Shown: positions 57,601-64,000 of the stretch, piece by piece
Layout of the letters: every line of letters begins with the position of its first letter
How positions within the stretch are numbered: the stretch's first letter is position 1
Source: the human T2T-CHM13v2.0 reference genome, Homo sapiens
DNA length: 64,000 nucleotides
Strand: one strand, 5' to 3'
Assembly: GCF_009914755.1 (NCBI RefSeq)
Contig: NC_060940.1
Program-made: the position numbers and the translations under genes
Notes under the pieces: generated by a model
Told to the model about the DNA's origin: nothing
What the model saw: the letters and a program-made list of their open reading frames with translations, nothing else
Databases searched by the model: none

Positions 57601-60600
57601 CCATTCGACTCCATTCGATGATGATTCCATTCGACTCCATTCGATTATGATTTCATTCAATTCCATTCGATAATGATTCCCTTCGAGTCCATTCGATGAT
57701 TCCATTCGATTCCATTCAACGATGATTTGATTCGTGTCCATTCGATGATTCCATTTGATTCCACTTGATGATGATTCCATTCGAGTCCATTTGATGATTC
57801 CATTCAATTCCATACTCCGATGATTTCTTTTGAGCCCACTCAATGCTTCCACTCGATTCCATATGATGATGACTCCATTCGATGAAATTCGATGATGACT
57901 CCATTCGCTTGCTTTCGATGATGATTCCACTTGAGTCCGTTAGAAGATTCTATTCAATTACATTCCATGACGATTCCGTTCGAGTCCATTTGATGATTCC
58001 ATTAGACTCCATTCGACGATGATTCCATTCGATGTTATTCGATGATTCCATTCGATCTCATTCGATGATGATTCCATTCAACTCCATTCGATGTTTCCAT
58101 TCGAGTTCATTCTATTATTCCATTAGATTCCATTCGATGATGATTGCATTCGATTCCATTTGATGATTGCATTCTATTTCATTTGATGATGATTCCATTC
58201 GAGTCCACTCGATGATTCCATTCGAGTCCATTTAATGAATCCATTGGTTTCAATTCTATGATGATTACATTGGATTCCATTCGTTGATGATTTCATTCGG
58301 TTCCATTCAATGATGATTCCATTCAATTCCTTTCAATGTTTCCATTCAATTCCATACGATGATGATTCCATTTGATTTGATTCGACAGTGAGACATTCGA
58401 TTCAATTCCATGACGATTCTATTTGATTCAATTGGTTGACATTTCCATTCGATTCCATTCGATGATGATTCCCTTTGATTCCGTTCAAAGATGATTCCAT
58501 TCTAGCCCATTCAATCATTCCATTCGATTCTATTCAATGATGATTCCATTCATGTCGATTTGGTGATTCCATTTGACTTCATTTGATGATGATTCCTTTC
58601 AAGTTCATTAGATGATTCCATTCGATTCCATTTGATGATGATCCCATTCGAGTCCATTCAGTGATTCCATTCGTTTCCATTCCATGATGATTCCATTCCT
58701 TTCCATTCAATGATTCCATTCGATTCCGTTTGATGATGATTTCATTCGAGTCCATTTGATGATTCCATTTGATTCCATTCGATGATGATTCCATTCGAGT
58801 CCATTCGATGATTCTATTCGAATCCATTTGATGATTTCTTTTGATTATATTTGGTGATGATTCCATTGGAGTCCATTCAATGATTCCATTCTATTCCAAT
58901 CGATGATGATTCCATTAGAGTCCATTTAATGATTCCATTTGATTCCAGTCTCTGATGATTACATTCGAGTCCATACGATGATTCCACTCAATTACATATG
59001 ATGATGATTCCATTTGATTCCATTCGGTGATTCCGTTCTATTCTATTCAATGGTGATTCCATTCGAGTACATTAGATGATTCCATTCGATTCCATTCAAT
59101 GATGATTCTATTTGTGTCCCTTAGATGATTCCACATGATTCCATTAGATGATGATACTATTTGAGCCCATCCAATGATTCCCTTCGATTCCATTCGATGA
59201 GGATTCCATTCGATTCAATTCATTGGTGATTCTATTCAATTCAATTCTTTGATTCCATTCCATTCCATTCGACAATGATTCCATTCGATTTCTTTCGATG
59301 ATTCCACTCGATTCCACTTGACATTGATTCCATTCGATTCCATTCAATGATTCCATTTGATTCCAGTGGATGATGATTGCCATCGATTCCATTCGATCAC
59401 TCCATTCTATTCCATTTGATGATGATTACATTCGATTCCATTTGATGATTCCATCTGATTCTATTCGAGGATTCCATTTGATTCCATTCGATGATGATTC
59501 CATTCGAGTCCATTCGATGATTTCATTCGAGTACATCCAATGATTCCATTCGAGTCCATTAGATGATTCCATTTGATTCCATTTGAAAATGATTCTACTA
59601 GAGTCCATTCAATGACTCCATTCGAGTCCATTCAACAATTCCATTCGACTCCATTCGATGATTCCATTCGATTCCATTTGATGGTTCCATTCGAGTCCAT
59701 TTAATCATTACAGTCGAGTCCGTTTGGTGATTCCACTGGATTTCTTTTGATAATGATACCATTCAATTACATTTGATGATGATCCCATTCAATTTCATTT
59801 GATGATGATTCCATTAGAGTCCATTCGATGATTTCATTCGAGTCCCTTCATTGATTCCATCCGATTTCATTGGATGATGACTCCATTCGAGTCCATTCGA
59901 TGATTCCACTCGATTCCATTAGATGACTCCATTGGAGTCCATTTGATTGTTCCATTCGATTCCATTCGATTCCTTTCGAAGATTATTCCATTTGAGTCCA
60001 TTCGATGATGATTCCATTCCATTCCATTCGATGATTCCGTTTGATTCCATTCGATGATTCCCTTCGATTCCTTTCTTTGATGATTCCATTCCATTCCATT
60101 CAATGATTCCATTCGAATCTATTGCATGATGATTCCTTTCGATTCCATTCGCTGATGTTTCCGTTCAATTCCATTCGATGATGATTCCATTCGATTCCAT
60201 TCATTGAGGATTCCATTTGATTCCATTCAATGATGATTCCATTCTATTCCATTCAATGATTGCATTCAATTCCATTCAATGATTATCCCATTAGAGTAAA
60301 CTCAACGATTCCATTCAATACCATTCGATGATGATTCCTTTTGAGTCCATTCAATGATTTCATTCAAGTCCATTTGATGATTCCTTTCAATTCCATTCTA
60401 TGATGATTCCATTCGAGTCCATTCGATGATTCCATTCGATTGCATTCGATGATTCCATTATATTCCATTCAACGGTGATTCCATTCGAGTCCATTCCATG
60501 ATTCCATTAGAGTACATTTAATGATTGCTTTGTTTTCAATTCGAAGATGATTACATTGGATTCCATTCTATGATACCATTCGATTCCATTCAATGATGAT

Positions 60601-63600
60601 TCCACTCAAATCCATTGGATGATTCCATTCGTGTCCATTCGGTGATTTCATTAGATTCCATTCGAGGATGATTCCATTCGATTCCATTCGATGATTCCAT
60701 TCAATTCCATTCGATGATGATTCCATTCCAGTCCATATGATCATTCCATTTGATTTCATTCGATGATGATTCCATTCGATTCGATTCGACGATTCCATTC
60801 TATTCCATTCGATGATGATTCCATTCGAGTCCATTCGATGATTCCATTCGAGTCCATTTAATGATTCCATTGGGTTCAATTTAATGATGATTACATTGGA
60901 TTCCGTTCTATGATTCCATTCAATTCCGTTCATTGACAATTTGATTCCATTCGATGATGATTCCATTTGAGTTCATTCGATGATTCTATTCGATTCTCTT
61001 CGATGGTGATTCAATTCTATTATATTGGATGATTCCATTCGATTCCATTTGATGTTGATTCAATTCGATTCTATTCGATGATGATTCCATTGGATTTCAC
61101 TTGATGATTCTATTCGATTCCATTCAATGATGATTCACTTCTCGTCCATTGGATGATTCCATTTCATTCCATTCGATGATGATTCCATTCGATTCCATTC
61201 GATGATTCCATTTGATTCCATTCGACGGTGAGCAATTCGATTCAATTCCATGATGATTCTATTTGGTTCAATTAGATGATGTTTCCATTCGAATCCATTC
61301 CATGATTATTCCATTGGAATCCATTCGGCGATGATTCCATATGAGTCAATTCAATGATGATTCCATATGGGTCCGTTCGATGATAATTCCATTTGATTTC
61401 ATTCGATGCTTCTATTCTATTCCAGTCGATGATGATTCCGTTGGAGTCCATACGATGATTCCATTTGATTTCATTTGATGATGGTTCCATTCGATGATGA
61501 TTACATTGGATTCCATTCTATGATTCCATTCAATTCCATTCGTTGATGATTCGATTCCATTCAATGATGATTCCATTTGAGTTCATTCGATGATTCTATT
61601 CGATTCCGTTCGATGGTGATTCAATTCTATTATATTGGATGATTCCACTCGATTCCATTTGATGATTATTCCATTGGAGTCCACTTAGTGAATCCTTTAG
61701 ATTCTACTCGACGATGATTCCATTCGAGTCCATTCGATGATACCATTCAATTCCATTCGTTGATGCTTCCATTCAAGTGCATTCGATGATATCATTCGAT
61801 TCCATTTGATGATAATTCCATTTGATTCCGTGCGATGATTCTATTCGATTCCATTCAATGATAATTCCATTCAATTCAGTGATTCCTCTGGACTCCATTT
61901 GATGATGATTCCATTCAATGATTCCATTCGATTCTATTCGAAAATGATTCCATTTGAATCCATTTGATGATGATTCCATTAGATTCCATTTGATGATTCC
62001 ATTCGATTCCATTCGACGATGATTCCATTCGATTCCGTTTGATGATTCCATTCTATTCTATTCGATGATGATTCCATTCGATTCCATTCGATGATGATTG
62101 GATTCGATTCCATTTGATGATTTCATTTGATTCCATTCGTTAATGATTTCGATCAATTCCATTCGATGATTCCATTCGATTCCATTTGATAATGATTACA
62201 TCCGAGTCCATTCGATGATTCCCTTTGAGCCTGTTCGATAATTCCATTTGAGTCCAACCAATGATTCCATTCATTTCCATTCAATGATTCCATTCGAGTC
62301 CATTTGATCATTCCGGTAGGGTCCATTCGATGTTGATTCCATTGGAGTGCATTCGATGATTCCATTCGAGTCCATTTTAGGATTTGATTCGAGTCCTTTC
62401 GATGATTCCATTCGATTCCACTCGATGATGATTTCATTCGAGTCCATTCGACACTTCCAATCGATTCCATTTGATGATTCCATTCGAGTCCAATTGATGA
62501 TTCCATTCAATTCCATTCGATGATGATTCCGTACGATTCCATTCTGTGATGATTCCATGTGATTGCATTCAATGATGATTCCTTTCGATTGTATTCGATT
62601 ATGATTCATTTCGTGTTCATTCTATGGTTCCACAGGTTTCCATTCGTGTCCATTCCATTATTCCATTCTATTCCATTTGATGATGATTCCATTCGATTCC
62701 ATTCATTGGTGATTCCACTCAATTCCATTCAATGATTCCATTCCATTTCTTTCAACAATGATTCCATTAGTTTCTAATCGATGATCCACTTGATTCCATT
62801 TGACGACGATTCCATTCTTGTCCATTCGATGATTCCATTTGATTCCATATGATGATGATTCCATTCGATTCCATACCATGATGATTCCATTCGAGTCCAT
62901 TCAATGGTGATTCCATTCAATTCCATTCGATGATTCCTTTTGATTCCATTCGATGATGATGGCATTCGATTCCTTTCAATCATTCCCTTTGATTCCATTC
63001 AAAGGTGATTTCATTCAAGTCCATTCGATAATTGCATTCGATTCCATTCTATGATGATTCCATTCGAGTCCATTTGATGATTCCATTCAATTCAAGTCAA
63101 TGATGATTCCATTCGATTCCATTCGATGATTCCATTGGATTCCATTCGATGATGATTCCATTCAAATCCATTCGATAATTCAATTCAAGTCCATTCGATG
63201 ATGATTCCAATCGAATCCATTCAAAGATTCCATTCAGTTCCATTCGATGATTCCCTTAGATTCCATTCGATGATTCCACTTGATTGCATTTACGATGATT
63301 CCATTCGATTCCATGTGATGATTCCATTCAATTCTATTCAATGATGTCTCCATTTGATTCCATTCGACCATGATTGCCTTTGATTCCATTCAATGATTCC
63401 ATTCGGTTCCGTTTGATGATGATTCCGTTCGATTCCATTTGATGATTCCATTTGATTCCATTGGATGAGTCCATTCGATTACATTCGATGATTATTCCAT
63501 TCGAGTGCATTAGATGATTCCATTCGAGTCCATTCGATGATTCCATTCGATTCCATTCGATGTTGATTCTGTTCAAATCCATTCGATGATTCCACTCGAT

Positions 63601-64000
63601 TCCATTCGTTGACTCCATTTGATCCCATTCGATGATTTCCTTTGATTCCCTTTGATGATCATTCCATTTGATTCAATTCGGTGATTTCATTTGATTCCAT
63701 TCAGTGATGTTTCCATTCGACTCCATTCGATGATGATTCCATTCGACTCCATTCGATTATGATTTCATTCAATTCCATTCGATAATGATTCCCTTCGAGT
63801 CCATTCGATGATTCCATTCGATTCCATTCAACGATGATTTGATTCGTGTCCATTCGATGATTCCATTTGATTCCACTTGATGATGATTCCATTCGAGTCC
63901 ATTTGATGATTCCATTCAATTCCATACTCCGATGATTTCTTTTGAGCCCACTCAATGCTTCCACTCGATTCCATATGATGATGACTCCATTCGATGAAAT
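54671..64000 (+). repeat. About 1.5 tandem copies of the 6,112-bp unit
   Basis: Offsets of 6112: 55160->61272, 55661->61773, 56591->62703, 57222->63334, 57589->63701. Confidence 0.92.

Larger units (their letters stand above)
1..64000 (+). repeat. Human satellite II (HSat2/HSATII)-type pericentromeric tandem array, probably the HSat2B subfamily (16q11.2-like)
   Basis: Continuous diverged CATTCGATTC / CATTCGATGATTC / CATTCGATGATGATTC motifs from first base to last, with CATTC always on +. The CGAT/GATGAT content fits HSat2 rather than (CATTC)n HSat3. Subfamily and chromosome are inferred from the 6,112-bp period and are less certain than the family call. Confidence 0.97.

Noticed and set aside
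364-63964. Many 60-132 aa minus-strand ORFs (MESSNGIEWNH... repeats)
   Set aside because: These are translations of the GAATG/GAATCATC strand, which is rich in ATG and poor in stop codons. They overlap in several frames, are low complexity and show no recognisable domain.
1-64000. CRISPR-like repeat-spacer array or other novel prokaryotic-type system
   Set aside because: There are no constant repeats separated by unique spacers, all intervening sequence is itself satellite, and there is no cas-like, reverse transcriptase or other real ORF.
1-64000. HSat3, alpha satellite or telomeric repeat
   Set aside because: Pure (CATTC)n runs are at most about 3 units, and there is no 171-bp monomer or TTAGGG tract.
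1-64000. Inversions or Alu/L1 insertions
   Set aside because: I saw no switch to a GAATG-rich plus strand, no poly(A) tail and no non-satellite segment.

Overview
The whole 64-kb window is one uninterrupted, single-orientation array of CATTC-derived classical satellite of the human Satellite II type (HSat2/HSATII; motif CATTCGATTC-CATTCGATGATTC). I see no genes, RNA genes, transposons, CRISPR arrays or unique DNA, and every ORF in the track is a satellite translation artefact. The informative signal is architectural. A 6,112-bp higher-order unit is present, matching the ~6.1-kb unit I recall for the HSat2B array at human 16q11.2. It is heavily rearranged: 6 tandem copies of a 2,255-bp sub-unit (6078-19631), a near-perfect 7,576-bp tandem duplication (27780-42945), a ~5-kb dispersed duplication, a 1,831-bp non-canonical HSat2 block that replaces part of the unit, an 864-bp in-register templated insertion, and recurrent deletions of 3-650 bp. 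Each large junction lies in 7-30 bp of microhomology, and these events account exactly for the spacing between unit landmarks. I found no evidence of a novel protein- or RNA-coding system. The window is best read as a record of satellite recombination. All alignments were done by eye, so breakpoints are ambiguous within the microhomologies.
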